Assembly: GCA_053919585.1 (NCBI GenBank)
Contig: CM132808.1
Reading direction: 5' to 3' (one strand)
Origin: Euprymna scolopes
Taxonomy: Eukaryota
Length of the DNA stretch: 64,000 nt
Part shown: positions 37,529 through 51,147 of the stretch, in pieces
How the letters are laid out: each line of letters starts with the position of its first letter
Position numbering within the stretch: position 1 is the stretch's first letter
Made by a program: the position numbers and the translations under genes
Notes under the pieces: generated by a model
What the model was told of the DNA's origin: nothing
What the model saw: the letters and a program-made list of their open reading frames with translations, nothing else
The model's database searches: none

Positions 37529-37760
37529 TTATATGATCTTTGTATATTTGTGAGATGAGGATTGATAATTATTTTTTTGTATTATTTGAATTGTTTGGAC
37601 TATTGTTCTCATCTAGGTTTTGTTTTTTTCACATTTCAGCCAATGTAACCTCTAAAAATGTGAGAAAAACAACCAAGATGAGAACAATAGTTCAAACAAT
37701 TGAAATAATACAAAAAATAATTATCAATCCTCATCTCAAAAATATACGAACATCATATAA
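37529..37760. repeat. Long near-perfect inverted repeat (~105-bp arms), with a third arm copy at ~37920-37997
   Basis: GAGATGAGGATTGATAATTATTTTTTGTATTATTT...CTATTGTTCTCATCT pairs with AGATGAGAACAATAG...AAATAATACAAAAAATAATTATCAATCCTCATCTC. Confidence 0.85.
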
Positions 37761-38459
37761 AAAAATCCGAATGAACCTAGATTTATTAAAAAAAAGAAAT
37801 AGACTTATCGCTATTTGTGTTTTGAATTTCTAGCAGCTATGCTTGTTAGTGAAGCAAAAAAAAAACATTTTTCACCATTCACTAATAACATCCAATGTGA
37901 ATACATCTGGAGATGGTCGGAGGTTGCATTGGCCAAAATGTTGAGAAAAACAATCAAGATGAGAACAATAGTCCAAAAAATCCAAATAATACAATAAATG
38001 TCCTCTATTAAAAAAAGAAAATGATGGAATTAAACTTAAAATTCATGACTGGGTATTTTCTTTATGGAATACTAGATCATGACCTAATATAGATTAGGTT
38101 TCTATAACTAAAACTGGGAATATTATCTAAAAACAACATTGAATTAAACCATACCATTATTATGATTATGTAATTCTGTACTTATAGCAGAAGTTTAAAA
38201 ATCTTACTTTTGCTTTCATTTATTTATTTTTGGACAACTTTTTCGAATCTGTGTATAATAACCCCCCCCCCCCCATCACTCAAATATTAATTGCTAACTC
38301 ACATTTTTGTATACAGAAAAAAAAAACATTTAGCGTTTCAACATTTTTGCTATGGCCAGCTTTATCCACTGATTGTTGGTCAAGCCCAAGCCATGATTGA
38401 CGGTAATCCCCAGGATCAGGATCCAATTCTGCAAGAGTTCAATTTTTTTTCATTTTCGC

Positions 38460-38496
<37 letters not shown>

Positions 38497-38979
38497 GGAG
38501 TGGATTGCTGTACTAAGAATATAAGAAACATGCATTTTCTCTTTTTATTAGAATTTTCCATTACACCAAATTGACCCACAGCAATGNNNNNNNNNNNNNN
38601 NNNNNNNNNNNNNNNNNNNNNNNNNNNNNNNNNNNNNNNNNNNNNNNNNNNNNNNNNNNNNNNNNNNNNNNNNNNNNNNNNNNNNNNNNNNNNNNNNNNN
38701 NNNNNNNNNNNNNNNNNNNNNNNNNNNNNNNNNNNNNNNNNNNNNNNNNCGTATGCTTCTAGGATAGTGATTTAAAGGTTATGAGGGTTTTTTGAAGCAT
38801 GAAAACGATGTTACTTTTTGTATTTAATATTTTTATTGTTCTCGGATCTCCGCTCTTGGTCACCAAATTGACTTTAAAATCCTTAGCAAATGCTTATGTA
38901 ATTAAAATGTGATGTTTTGGAAGCTATTTACATCCAAATAAATTAAAACATTTTTTAACAAATTAGTTTCAGTATATTA

Positions 38980-41500
38980 CTAGCATGGATGCCCGGCGTT
39001 GCCCGGGTGGATAGAGCTGGTATACTAAGGATATTGAGCAACCCCCAGAAAAAGCCCTCTAAAAAAAATGATTGAATCAAAACAACTTTTGTTTCAATCA
39101 AAATAGCAGCGAAATGCTTGTGCGACTGAAAAAAAAAAAAAAAAAAAATTAGCTGCAGTAGCCAAGCTCGATCCTGTAGCGTGAAAGAGGAAAAGGAGGT
39201 GAAAAAAAAGCAAATACGTTAGCTATCTCGCCCACACGACTTGTGATGTCACAGGCCTTCGAAATAATGGGTTTTATATGTATGTCGAGCTTACGAGGCG
39301 TGAGTGACTTTGCAAAAATGTTGATGCAAAAATTGACACCCTCTTGCAAAAAATGGCCCAGTTGATGATCAAAGAATAAATTTTTTTTGGCTAATTTTTA
39401 GATATTTTTCATCCAAGAAATTGGTCTTTCTAATGATACCAATTTTATCATTGTTTGATGCGTCTGTCAAAAGTTTTTGGGAGAAATACAAACACAGACA
39501 CATTTTTACTTTTATATATTAGACTAGAGGTGGTCCCCGGCATTGCCCAAGTGTGGAGAGGTTTTATGGTAAGGGTATTGAGCAAGAGAGCCCTAAAATG
39601 TTTCAAAATCCCCTAAAAAAATAAAAATAGTAAGTTCCCATGCAAGCAAGGGGGGGGGTAGTAGGCAGGCAGGCCTGAACTTGTAATGCGAAAAAGGAAA
39701 AGATGAAAAAAAGCCAACTGCTTAGACCCCACACCCACCGCGACATAAGACGTCGCCAGTGTTTGAAATAAGCTTAGTCGTTACAAGATGTATGATGACT
39801 TTGCAAAAATGTCGACAAAAAACTTCCTTGCAAAGAATGGCCCAGTTTATAGGCAAAGAATTAATATTTTTGGCCAATTTTTGGATATTTGTTGTCCAAG
39901 AGACTGACCTTTTCAAACGATACCAATTTTGTCAGTGTTGGTCGTGTGTCCCTGAAAGTTTTTGCCAGACATACAAACACACACACACATGCATTTTGCC
40001 TTTTATATTATAGACTAGCCTGGCTGTTTAGACGTGTGTGTTGAGTAAAATAAAAAAAAGTGGCAGTAAGCAGGCAGGCTCGAACCCATACCGCGAAGGA
40101 GGAAAAGAATGTGAAAAAAAAATGTGACGTCTTTGTTGTTGCATCCATCGCCAAACCGGAAGTGGCGAAGGTTTAAATTAAAGCTAGTTAATTGAAAAGA
40201 GGGGAGGACTTTCAAAAATATCGACGAAAAAAAGCGACCTCCCCCCTCTTGTAGAAAAGTGCCCAGTTGAAGTGAAGGAATTAATGTTTTTAGCCAATTT
40301 TTTTATATTTGTCGTCCGAAGGGTCCTTCAAAACAATACCAATCTCATGAAAATCCGTTGCCTCTGTCAAAAGTTTTAGGCAGACATACGAACATACATA
40401 CATTTAAACACAGGTGAGATTTATATAATACTAGCAAGGGTACCCGGTGTTGCCTGAGTGTTTGGAGGTGTGTATGTAGGGGGGGGGGTGATCTTGTTTA
40501 TATATTATAAAAAAACACGATGTTAAAAAAATTGGAAAAACCAAAACAAATCAGTGAATGAATGTAAAAAAAAAAAAAAAAAAAAAAAGCAGAAATAAAT
40601 GGTATAAATAACCTTGTTTCAACCTGCAATCTTAAAATAACAACTGATGACCGCGTGTTTGGAGGTGTGTGTGTAGGGCAGGTAAACTAAAGAATAAGCG
40701 AAGTAATAACCCTGTTTAAATAAAATTAAAATAACGTTGCCCGGGTGTTTGGAGGTGTAAAAGAGAAAAAAAAAAGTTTGGGTAGGAAGGTAGGCTCGAA
40801 CCCGAAGCCTCGAGGCTAAGGCGGATAAAAAGTCTGACACGTTATCCCTATGCCAAAGAGACATACAAGTGAGAACGGATAAAATTAAACCTTTAAAAAT
40901 ACTTGCAGGTGGTTTAAACTAACGTCAACGTTTTCTAGGTCAAACATGACGTCATTGTCGTTGCCCGGGTGTTTGGAGGTGTGTGTGGTGTTAAATAAAA
41001 ATGAACCCAGGGGGTGGGGGATCGAACCCGAAGCCCTGAGGCGAAGTTTGAAAATAAAATCGGCCAGCCAGAATGAGAGTTAGTGAAAGATGTTTGAATT
41101 TATTTAAGAACCAAATTGACAGGTGCGCGTCCGGAAGTCGTCGAGCGTTACGACGACGACGACGTAGGTTGGTTTGTTATAAGCGAAGTAAAAGAAAAGA
41201 AAACAATTTTAACACTAAGCGGGGGAAAAAAACACAAAAAAACTAACGTAAGGCAAACGAACGATGAAAACAGAAAAACGAACACATGAAAAATGGCTTA
41301 AATAAGCCTGTTTCGATATTAAAATTTAAAAAATCGAAAAAAAAAAAAACATCTCACACCACGATTCGAACCCAAAACGTTTACATAATGAACCAAGGCC
41401 TTAACCAACTGAGCTAAGGCGACGTTCACGAAATTTGTTCGGTTTTTCAACTATTTAAAGTAAATCAGGTCACAACGTCATCTGATGCATGCGTAGAATC
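38980..41500 (-). mobile_element. Head-to-tail chain of four non-autonomous Helitrons
   Basis: Units 38980-39523, 39524-40014, 40015-40430 and 40431-~41500. Minus-strand 3' ends CTAG, with the CCCGGGCAACGCCGGG-type hairpin in units 1, 2 and 4. 5' ends TCTA(A)TAT(A)TAAAAG are clear in units 1-2 and degenerate in unit 3. Shared internal blocks. Confidence 0.78.
41355..41423 (-). pseudogene. tRNA-like sequence (pseudo-tRNA or tRNA-SINE head)
   Basis: Minus strand GTCGCCTTAGCTCAGTTGGTTAAGGC...TTGGGTTCGAATCGTGGTGTG has box A and box B at tRNA spacing, but the cloverleaf stems are poor. Confidence 0.55.
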
Positions 41501-42724
41501 GGTCATTGTCACGAGAGGACCGTTTTTGCTTGCTATGGATGTTTGGGTTATTGTATAACTTTTGGCAAAGTCTGTATGAATCCATCTGCCCCCACCCCCC
41601 ACCACTACTCCGAGTGATATAGTAAAGTAGATTAGATTATCAAACGGATAAAATAATAAGAAAGAAACCTGCAATAACGATGGTTCTGGATTCTTCTGTG
41701 TCTAGCACTGCCATCTGCATCTGCGGAAAAGCAACTGAATTTATTAGAGATATGTTTACCACTTCAATTGTGAAGAGATCATTAAAAAACGATCCTTTTT
41801 TGCATGTCAAGAAATGACTTAACATAAAAATGTTCAATTTAAAATGCACAGAAAATATCTGAATGCAAGGTAAAATATGATTGGTTGTTGTACATTTTTG
41901 CAACACACATTGCCTCTCATTTGGTAGGTTGATCTCCTTATTCAGTTAATTATTCCAGGTTTTTCTCCCTCCTTCCTACCAGCTGCCTGTCTAGATGATT
42001 CAAATGAACTTTCCAAAAAAGAATTCAAAGAATTAGAAATCAGATCTTCCGCAAGAAAACTTGCTGCTGCTTTTGTATGATTAAAACAGCTCTTATATTA
42101 TATATTTTTTTTTTTTTTTTTTTTTTTACAAGTATAAAAGTTTGAAGAGTCTACCAAAACTTCTGATAGATTAAATTTCAACATGGCATTAATGTGGATC
42201 CATGCAATCTCATAAGATAAGACAAAAAAAAAAAGAAAAAAAAGAATGCACTTATGGAACTTTATTTCAAATTTTGGCAAACATTTTAATTCCAGGATCT
42301 TGGTTTAAAAAAGTTATTTGTCTTTTTTTTTCTTTTTCTTTTTTTTTTTTTAATAGCATGAACTTTAATCTTGCAGTTTTCTTTGTCAGTTTCAATATGT
42401 TCTTGCTTTTTAAATGTTTAGGTTGATTTAAAAAAACTTTTTTCATGCAAAGCATATAAATCCTTTGGTGCAGTAATTTCTAAAATGGTTTTCCATACTA
42501 AAATATTGATTGTTTATCTCTGAAAGAAAAACAGATTTGATAAGACTATATAACCAACCATAATCTTGTCTTGGTATGGCACACATCCTGGGAAGACTTA
42601 GCTATCTTTCTCCTTCAGAGAACATTTCAAAAGAATATCAAATTCACAAGCAGTCTCCAATCGCATGTGTACCCTGATCAGATGCGATAATTTTAATAAC
42701 GTTAGTTTTAGCAGTTGCCGCCCT

Positions 42725-42822
42725 CTCACATACCTGATATTTCCAAGTGATTACAAATCTGATACTAACCAGGCTCAGTATCACTTTGGTGATCTAATGT
42801 GTTAACCTGATTATACCAACTG
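42725..42822 (-). pseudogene. Degenerate 5S rRNA-derived sequence (pseudogene or SINE3 head)
   Basis: Minus strand GATCACCAAAGTGATACTGAGCCTGGTTAGTATCAGAT...CACTTGGAAATATCAGGTATGT resembles the 3' two-thirds of 5S rRNA. Confidence 0.55.
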
Positions 42823-43479
42823 ATCTTTTGTATGGCTAAATACAGCCTCAATTTTGAGGTAAGGATTAATAGAACTTTCTTTCGATAGAAATTTTATCTT
42901 AGTAGTATTAATAACTAATGGTACACTCATAAATTTTGTATAGCTTCACATAGAATGGATTTGTTATTGCTGTGATAATTTAAATTGGAATTAAAGATGT
43001 TCTTGATAGCCATTTCTTAATTTTCATAAAAGTTGTTCCTCACTCTTTTCATAAATATAAAATTTTAATATAATTCATATTTATATTGACATAATTTCTA
43101 TACAAATTTTCCAAACTAATAGAAGGAAACTGAACACTTATTTTGCATAATGGTGCTGCCAATGACCTAATTGGCACGAGGATAAAGTATGCATTTGGCA
43201 AATCTCTAAATCTGATAGAATTTATGTGCTGACATGATTTGACAAATGTATGAACTCCTATATATTTTTTTTTTTTTTTTTTAATCAAATAAGTTAATGA
43301 TGTTCAGTAAATTATTTACAATTTGTATTATATTATCTTGGTATCAAATAACCCTAATGTGTTCATATGCATGCAGTAAAACAAAAAAATTCACAGCATA
43401 ATTTGGCATAAATTCTGTTATAATATTAGGAAAGGCTTTTTTTAAAAAATAACAATTCAATTTACACATTTATCAATTA

Positions 43480-43551
43480 AAATTTTTTTTTGTGTACACA
43501 AAGGAGTCACAAATTATCAAGGCTCGGGGGCCACTCGAGGATAAGGGTTAA
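43480..43551 (-). mobile_element. piggyBac-type terminus (TIR + TTAA)
   Basis: GGCCACTCGAGGATAAGGG|TTAA, the reverse complement of 18757-18779. Confidence 0.6.
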
Positions 43552-43589
43552 TGAGTGTACAGTAGACAATGGGAAAATGTCGTAATCAC

Positions 43590-44125
43590 TAGTAGTGGGA
43601 ATTGGGTAAATTGGATTACTTAAGGGGATAGATCATCAAGAACTTGTTCACGTTGGACTTGAAGACAGCCATATTGTCCATATTGTAGTCAGTTGGAAAG
43701 CAGGAAAATGGAACAGAGTTCCACAGGCTTGCATTTTTAAGAAAGAAGCTTTGTCCATGGAATCTACGTTTAGGTGGGAGAAATTATTGATAGTGGTTTG
43801 AGCGAGATGAGTGTTGTGAAAGTCAGACCAAGGGGGACTATAGATTGGAGCTTAGACAGGCTCACAACACCTCTCCTGTGGGAAAGAGATTGTAGGGAAG
43901 AAAAAAGGACATCCTCCCCACTAGGCTACAAAGTCTATTTTGAACTCTGTCAAGGCAGGATAAGTTGTTTCTAGCAGCTCTGCTCAGATGTGGCAACAAT
44001 ACTCCATCGTTGGACATATTTGGCTCTTATACAGGCAGAAAATTGTATCAGCAGTGAGATATCTACTGGAGCGGTAGAATAATAATAATAATAATAATCC
44101 ACCACTTTTCCAGCAGCCTTGGCAT
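43590..44125 (-). mobile_element. 5'-truncated copy of the same old CR1/Jockey-group LINE family as 34908-35720
   Basis: Reverse complement CCTAAACGTAGATTCCATGGACAAAGCTTCTTTC...GCCTGTGGAACTCT...TCTTCAAGTCCA matches 35600-35715. Confidence 0.8.
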
Positions 44126-46441
44126 TTTCAGAATTTGTGATTGATAAAATGTCATTTCAAACTAAAATATTATCAAGCAACTGATCCTCTAAATTATGTT
44201 AGGACAAAAAATATTTAAAAAAAAAAACATTAAATTATACAAAGAATAGAAAGTGAATTTTGGGTTGACTTTCAGCAGACGTGCAACTCTTTCTTTCCTT
44301 ATGTTGTCTTTTAGGTCTCACATTCCATGATCGATGTTTCTGACAGAAAAGAATTCCTGTTTTATGTGTCATCTAACAATTATTACTGGCTAGTATTTAA
44401 CCCTGAAGTATATTTTTTTTGCTCCTTATAAACCTTCTAAAAAAGAATATGAATAAATACAAAAAATTAAATTGAAGTTTTATTATAATGCTCTTCAAAT
44501 TTTGTTTTGATAACATAATAATCAAAAGAAAGATATAAAGTTAAAAGAATAATTTGAATTAGGTTTTATTACTTATATTTTTCTTATGTGGTATTAAAGG
44601 GGATGATTTAATAAACATATCTTTTTAGATTAATACATTCTTTAATTAATAAAATGCTGGTAGTTGTAAATTTCTGGTATTTTTTCTAATAAATTACTGC
44701 CAGTTTTATGAACAATAAATCATTTTTAAGAAGTTTGAAATTAATTCTATTTAATGAAAACAAATCATAATTATGCTAAGTTAATTGAACCGGAACCTGT
44801 AAATATTTAGAGACAATGGACATTTTTTTCATATTATTTCTTATAACTTGTTTTCTATTAGTTATCAAAACAATTTATCTATTCAGCTAATCTCTTGTAA
44901 GGCCAAATACAGTCTTAATTTAGCTGTTTGTATTTGCTGAAGATGAAAGTATAAATTACTAAAGTCATTTCTGACTGAGATATCTAATCTCTTCTATATC
45001 CCTTGTTGATTCTCTATAAAGGGGATAATTTTGGCAGCAAGAAACTGACTTGCTGGAAACCTTAGATCTAACACCAAACCTGAATTCCTCTTAATTCGAA
45101 GGATTCATTATTATACTATAAAAACCATAATCCTTGGATTCCTGTCAAATTGATGGATGGCTTTGAAGAACATCAATCTTTATGTGCCAAAGTTATTTTT
45201 ATGGAATTATTTTAAGATAAGAAGAAAACTAATTTTTGAATTCCCCTATGTTGCTATGTAATGGTTTTATTTGGACTAAACGTGATTGCAAAATTATCTT
45301 GGATTTCATTAGTCATGGTTGGAAACTGTTTGGGGATAAATGGAAGGAAACATTAACAGAATATATTTTATTCTGTCAATGAATGTTTTCAACTGGGTGG
45401 TCAGTTGCATTAAATTCATAGGAACTTACCATTACCTATCATGGAGAGAAAAGCTATAGATAGATTCCTGTACATCACCATTGCTAAACACTAACCGATT
45501 AATTTAACTGATTATTTCAAATATGCCCCACCCCCATGTGATTATGCTTGGTCAATCAGAGCATTTAGTATCTCCCATTAATATAATTTCTAGAAATAGA
45601 ATTTTGGTAATCATGCCATCTTCATAGTTTCCTTAACTTGCGATTGTTGTACTTATTTCATATTTGATTTGCTATGGCATGCGCAGTGCATTTCAAGTAA
45701 TGAAATTAAGTTCACATGAATTTAGATACTTCCACAAATTAGAAAAAAATATATATAAAAAAAAATATTCCACTCTACCAACTATGACAACTATATATTA
45801 TTGAACTTATCAACTTCTAAATGATATTTCAAATAATTATATCTCTCACTTACAAAGAACATTCCTCTAAAAATTAACACATACAAACATTTTTAAAGAA
45901 ACTGTGATTATCCTTTAAAGGACACTTAGTCGATGAATGATTTCATTCACTAAAAACTTTTATGTAACAACTGAGAGTAATACTTTATCTTCATATATAA
46001 CAGAATGACTCGAGAAATTCCAAAGTATTGTAGGTTTGCGACAACAGATGCCACATACAAATTCAATACATCTAGGCTAGCCACTATCTTATGTAGCTTT
46101 CGAACACCATTTTAGACACATTCAGTCTTGATAATAAAATACTACATTGCATCCTATGAGCAAAACCATTACAATCGCAACATCTTTATAGGAAGGAATC
46201 ACTATTTTTCTCTCTAAATATTTAGTCCTACCACTGCTACCAGTTGTCATTGGGACAAATTCTACACATTTCACAGATTCTATGATTACACCGACCGTAA
46301 CTGGCTCATACACACATAGACCTAACATAATTTTTTTGATTCATAAATAATAAAAGCTCTCTCGCCATAGTTCATCCATTCTAATGTACTGAGCTCTGAA
46401 AATTCTCATATTCCGTAATTCAGTTCTCTGCTTTATAAACG

Positions 46442-46478
<37 letters not shown>

Positions 46479-47115
46479 AACATTAAAATATGGCGTCAAT
46501 ATGAGACATTTTGCACGCCATCATTCATTTAATGCATAGGAAAACAAAAAAAAATATGGAAGTTTATTTGTTATTTTATCTTTTCCATGCAAGTTAACAT
46601 TTATAGGTTTTCCAGTATTATGATAATGAATGTTGTATGTAAAATTGTCGTGGACAAATAGTTTTTATGTAATAACGTTATGCTTTCCGACGGCCAGCTA
46701 AACAATGCACGTTGTTTGGTTTATGGCAAGACTATTTGTCAGCGACAATTATACGTGCGTTATTTGTTTACAGATTACCTGAAAATGCCAAATAGGGGTG
46801 AATGTGAAATGCAGTGAGAAACAACCGATCTAACTTTTTTTGAACCTTGAACATAAATAATAAAGGTTTATTAATGTTATATAGAAAATATCGCTCTACT
46901 GAGGATGTTAACTCTAGACTAAATTAAAGAGGTTAGCTCCAAAATATTTGCATTTTTAAAATTATGCTCGAAAAATATGGAAATTTATTGAACGAAATAA
47001 ATGAACTTATTTTTTGCAAACAATTTTATTTCCACAACATATTTCTTTTAATAAAATTTCATGTTTTCTTTTTTTTTCTTTTTTTAAACAAATCTTAATA
47101 AAAAAGACGCGATTA

Positions 47116-48370
47116 CGAGTGGTGTGCAATAAGTAATGCCCCTGACCCACTTCCCATAGCAGTAGAGCAACGAAACTTGGCACAGTTATTAGTCTTTCTC
47201 TACATAGGAACCACACAGTTATGCATTTCTCCCATCATTTGATGCAGCTCTGGAGACCGTTTTTGTAGAACACCCCAGGCTGGTCCTCCAACCATGACGT
47301 GACTTCAGAAATCAAGGCTGTCATCTGGGAAACACTTTCCTTTCAAAAATAACTTCATGGCTAGGAAGAGGTGAAAGTCAGAAGGTGCAAGGTCAGGAGA
47401 GTAGGGAGGATTTCATAACCACATACCCGTGCTTCTGACTTCTGACCGGAGCGTTGTCCTGCAGGAGGAGGGTACCTTTGCTGATTTTGCCCCGCCTCTT
47501 GATTTTAATAGCTTCCCTTAATTTCCTCAAAAGTGAAGCATAATAGGCTCCTGTAATTGTGGTACCCTTTGCCAGGAAATCTGTCATCACTACTCCGTCC
47601 TGGTCTGAGAAGACTGAGCATGACCTTGTCAGCGGAGGGCTGCACCCTTGCCTTCTTTGGAGGTGGTGAGTCCAAGTGCTTCTACTGACTGGCCTTTGGT
47701 CTCTGGATCATAGTGATGGACCCAGGTTTCATCCTGTGTAATCAGTCTTTTGAAAAACTTTGACTCATCTTCTTGGCACATCTCCAAATTCATCCTTGAG
47801 CACTCAATGCGTTCTTGCTTCTGGAATGGTGTGAGCAACCTCGGAATCCATCTGGCAGACACCTTATTTTATGCAAATGGTCATGAATGGTAGTTTCCAC
47901 AGATCCTGTACTAATCTTGATATCTTGGGCTATTTGGCGAACAGTAATGCGCCAATCTTCCAAAATGGCAACCTCAACTTGATGGACAGATGCCTCGTCA
48001 ATGGCAGAAGGGGGACGACCAGATCTGGGAGCTGTTTCCACAGACTTCCGACCATGTTTGAATTCACGATGCCAGTGTTTTACAAGGTCATATGATGGGG
48101 CATTATCACCATAAGTTTCTTTCATTTCATCAAAAGTCTCCTGTGGTGTGCGTCCTTTCAAATACAAAAACTGGGTCACTGCTTGACATTCAACAGGCTC
48201 CATTTCACACCTGACTCGGTTCAAACACCTGTAAAACAGAAACCACAATTAGTTCAGAGCTGTAATTTGCCACATTACCTGTAGAGATATAAATCATTGC
48301 ACATGCAAAATTTCAGCTAGATCAGACAACTGGAAGTGGGTCAAGGGCATTACTTATTGCAAACCCCTCG
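47116..48370 (-). mobile_element. Mariner (Tc1/mariner) transposon, near full length, transposase disrupted
   Basis: ~39-bp TIRs CGAG.GGT.TGCAATAAGTAATGCCC.TGACCCACTTCC flanked by TA on both sides. Transposase motifs PRSGRP, SARWIPRLLT, ITQDETWVHHYDPETK, LLQDNAP and DLAPSDFHLF over frameshifted ORFs. Confidence 0.93.
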
Positions 48371-50932
48371 TATTTGGAAGCTAAACTCTTCAATATATTA
48401 ATATATATTAAATGTGTAGATTTAAAACATCACTAATCTACACAAGCACACAAAAAATAACAATAACGACGTAAAATACATAAATTTATTCTTGCACTCT
48501 TTACTTTTTCAATTTGGCTTTTTTGTGTCTGAAAATCTGGCTATAGTTATCAATTTGGCCTTTTTTTTCTTTTTCTTTATAGATTTGGCTTCAAGTATTT
48601 AGAGTCTGGCAACCAAATTAGGATCAGCTATTGGACATGTTTACCCTTTTAGAACTTTTAAAATACGCGTAACTTTCAGATTGCAAAATAATTTAAAAAA
48701 CAAAAGAATTGGTGAACTGAAGAATGCTGCCCAGATCATTTACTTTTTTTTATTTTTCACTTATTCGTAAATTTTTCAGGCGATTTCAGCACTTACAGGC
48801 TTGAATTTTGAATCATAACGTTCTACAACAGTGAACACCCACTTTTTGGCCACTCCTGTTGTTAAGGTTGCCATTAGCATTTAGATTTTTCTTTTTCAAT
48901 TTTTTGCAAATTTCTATCATAGATTACATTCTTGGCTTTCACATTACCAAAATACCTTGGAAAAAATTGTTTACACTCTACCAACAGAAAAGGGAAACAT
49001 TTAATGGCTAGGGGCAGCATTAACAACTGATGTGTCAAAAAAAGTGTGTGTTCCATTTATTAGAACATTATCATAAAAAATTGATCACCAACTATTACAG
49101 TCATTAAAAATACTACCTTAAATTTCTTTTATAATCTTAAAATTATGACAAAGTTAAAAGGAAAAATTTAAAGGCTTCAGGAATCATCTGGTTGTTTCTT
49201 ATTAATAAATGCACTGGGTTATAATCAATTTTTAGTTCATTTGTTTTTTCATTATGAATTACAGTCGGACGGTAACAAGTGCTATCTAATAGGCCACACT
49301 ACCCTAGTTTTATTTGACACGTAAGGTGAAAGCACAGAATGATCACAGCACATAATCAAATCCCCATGTTAAGAATGAGTTTACAGATACTAACGTTTCT
49401 ACTTCAGCATGCTACATTTCTTTTGACCACAGGCGCCAGTGCCTGCTATTTTACTGGGCCGGCAGTGGCTCCCACTAACAGCCATAGTTTTTTTTTGTTT
49501 TTTGTTTTTTTATAGATGGGGTGGGGGCATATTTCCACCGGGCAACGCCGGTACATTTGTCCTGCCAATAAAATATATTTTCTACTTTAATCTTAAGAAT
49601 TCATTATTCTTTTTGATTTTATTAATTCAATCACACTAACAAGACCAAAGCCAACCACAGAATCTATACGTAGATGTTATTTGTCCTTGTAGTAAATTTA
49701 ACAGAGCCGAGTAAAGAATCGGCACTCCCACACCTCCTCCTAAGCAGTCCGATCAATACTAATGTTCAAAATGGTCTCATTTATTGATTTGTTATCTGAT
49801 GTCAGAATTCCCAGTTTGAGAAAGATTTCTAATTACTTAGACATTCGATACAACATGTGTGTCGTTTCCATTCAGTTTGGTCTCTAGTTTCATTGTAGCA
49901 GCCCAAAACATTGTTTCTGAGATTTGCCTCCTCTTAACTGAATAAAAGCTATGATCCATCTCTACAGTGTATGCACTCATGATTGGTGAAGAAATGCCAG
50001 CGTGAAAGGTGGCCCAAGAGCAATAAACTCTCTTAAAGATTAAGCTGTATGTTGATTAATATTCCACCAAGAGTTATGCTCTCTTGACTAATTGATAGAT
50101 TGGAAAAGATGGGTTTATTACTTATAGATGGCACTGTTAATCATTTTTTTCATTATAATGGAAGTACTAAGCTAATTTGCATTAAAATTGTGGTACTTCA
50201 TTGTTAGCCAATCAGAATAATGAAATCTACAGATAAATAAGATTGACATCTGTTACTGGCAGGCCGTTTTGCTCCTATCTGGTGGGTGTGGAAGAGTAGA
50301 GGGTCAAAGACGATTATTGGAACAAATGGAAGAGAAGATTGAAAAGTTCAACTATGATGATTTAGGGTATCCGTGCTTGAAATTTGAGAAAACAGCATAT
50401 TTCTATCAACAGATTCTGACTATACTGAAAGTTATAGTATAATTTTCAGTTTTTCTAAAATATAATTATTTAAATAAGTATCCAACTGAACTGCACTGGA
50501 TAATCATTTTCGCTTGAGTGTATTATGCTCCTTTCAGTGTGGCGTATCACTTGATAGGAGTATACTTTTGTAGTCAAGTACAAGTATAGATATAATTATC
50601 ATGTTCAATGGTTTACATGGTATGATTGATAGGATCAGCTGGCCCCATATGAAAAGTTGATGTGACATAGGAAAAATTTTATGTTGGATTTCAGTTGCTA
50701 CTAAAATGTTAGCCTAGGTGCACATATGACCAGGTCCAAATACATAATGCAGTTTAGATTCCTTGTGAGAAGCAACTCATAGCTATAGAAATGGATATCT
50801 AGTAAATAAATTATATATAAAATATTTTCTTCATGAAGGTATTAGCCTTTTGAGAGAAAAAAAAAAAATCAACGGAACATCCCAACAAAAGATAATATTA
50901 AGGATATGTTATAAGTACTTTCTAAGAAGAGA

Positions 50933-50980
<48 letters not shown>

Positions 50981-51147
50981 GCATCTGTTCAAACCAGTTG
51001 CATGATTTGAACTGCAGAACAAAATTGACTTTTAACTCAAATTTTGAATGCTCCCATCAATGTGGCTAATTTCAAACATTACATGATGTTATATATTTTA
51101 TTATTGGAATCCTTTTAAGATGAGTAATTTGTGTATTTATTTATTTG

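Noticed and set aside
41355-41423. Functional tRNA gene
   Set aside because: Acceptor, anticodon and T stems do not pair properly; kept only as tRNA-like.
47393-48248. Host SETMAR-like gene
   Set aside because: No SET domain; TIRs, TA TSD and frameshifts indicate an ordinary mariner copy.
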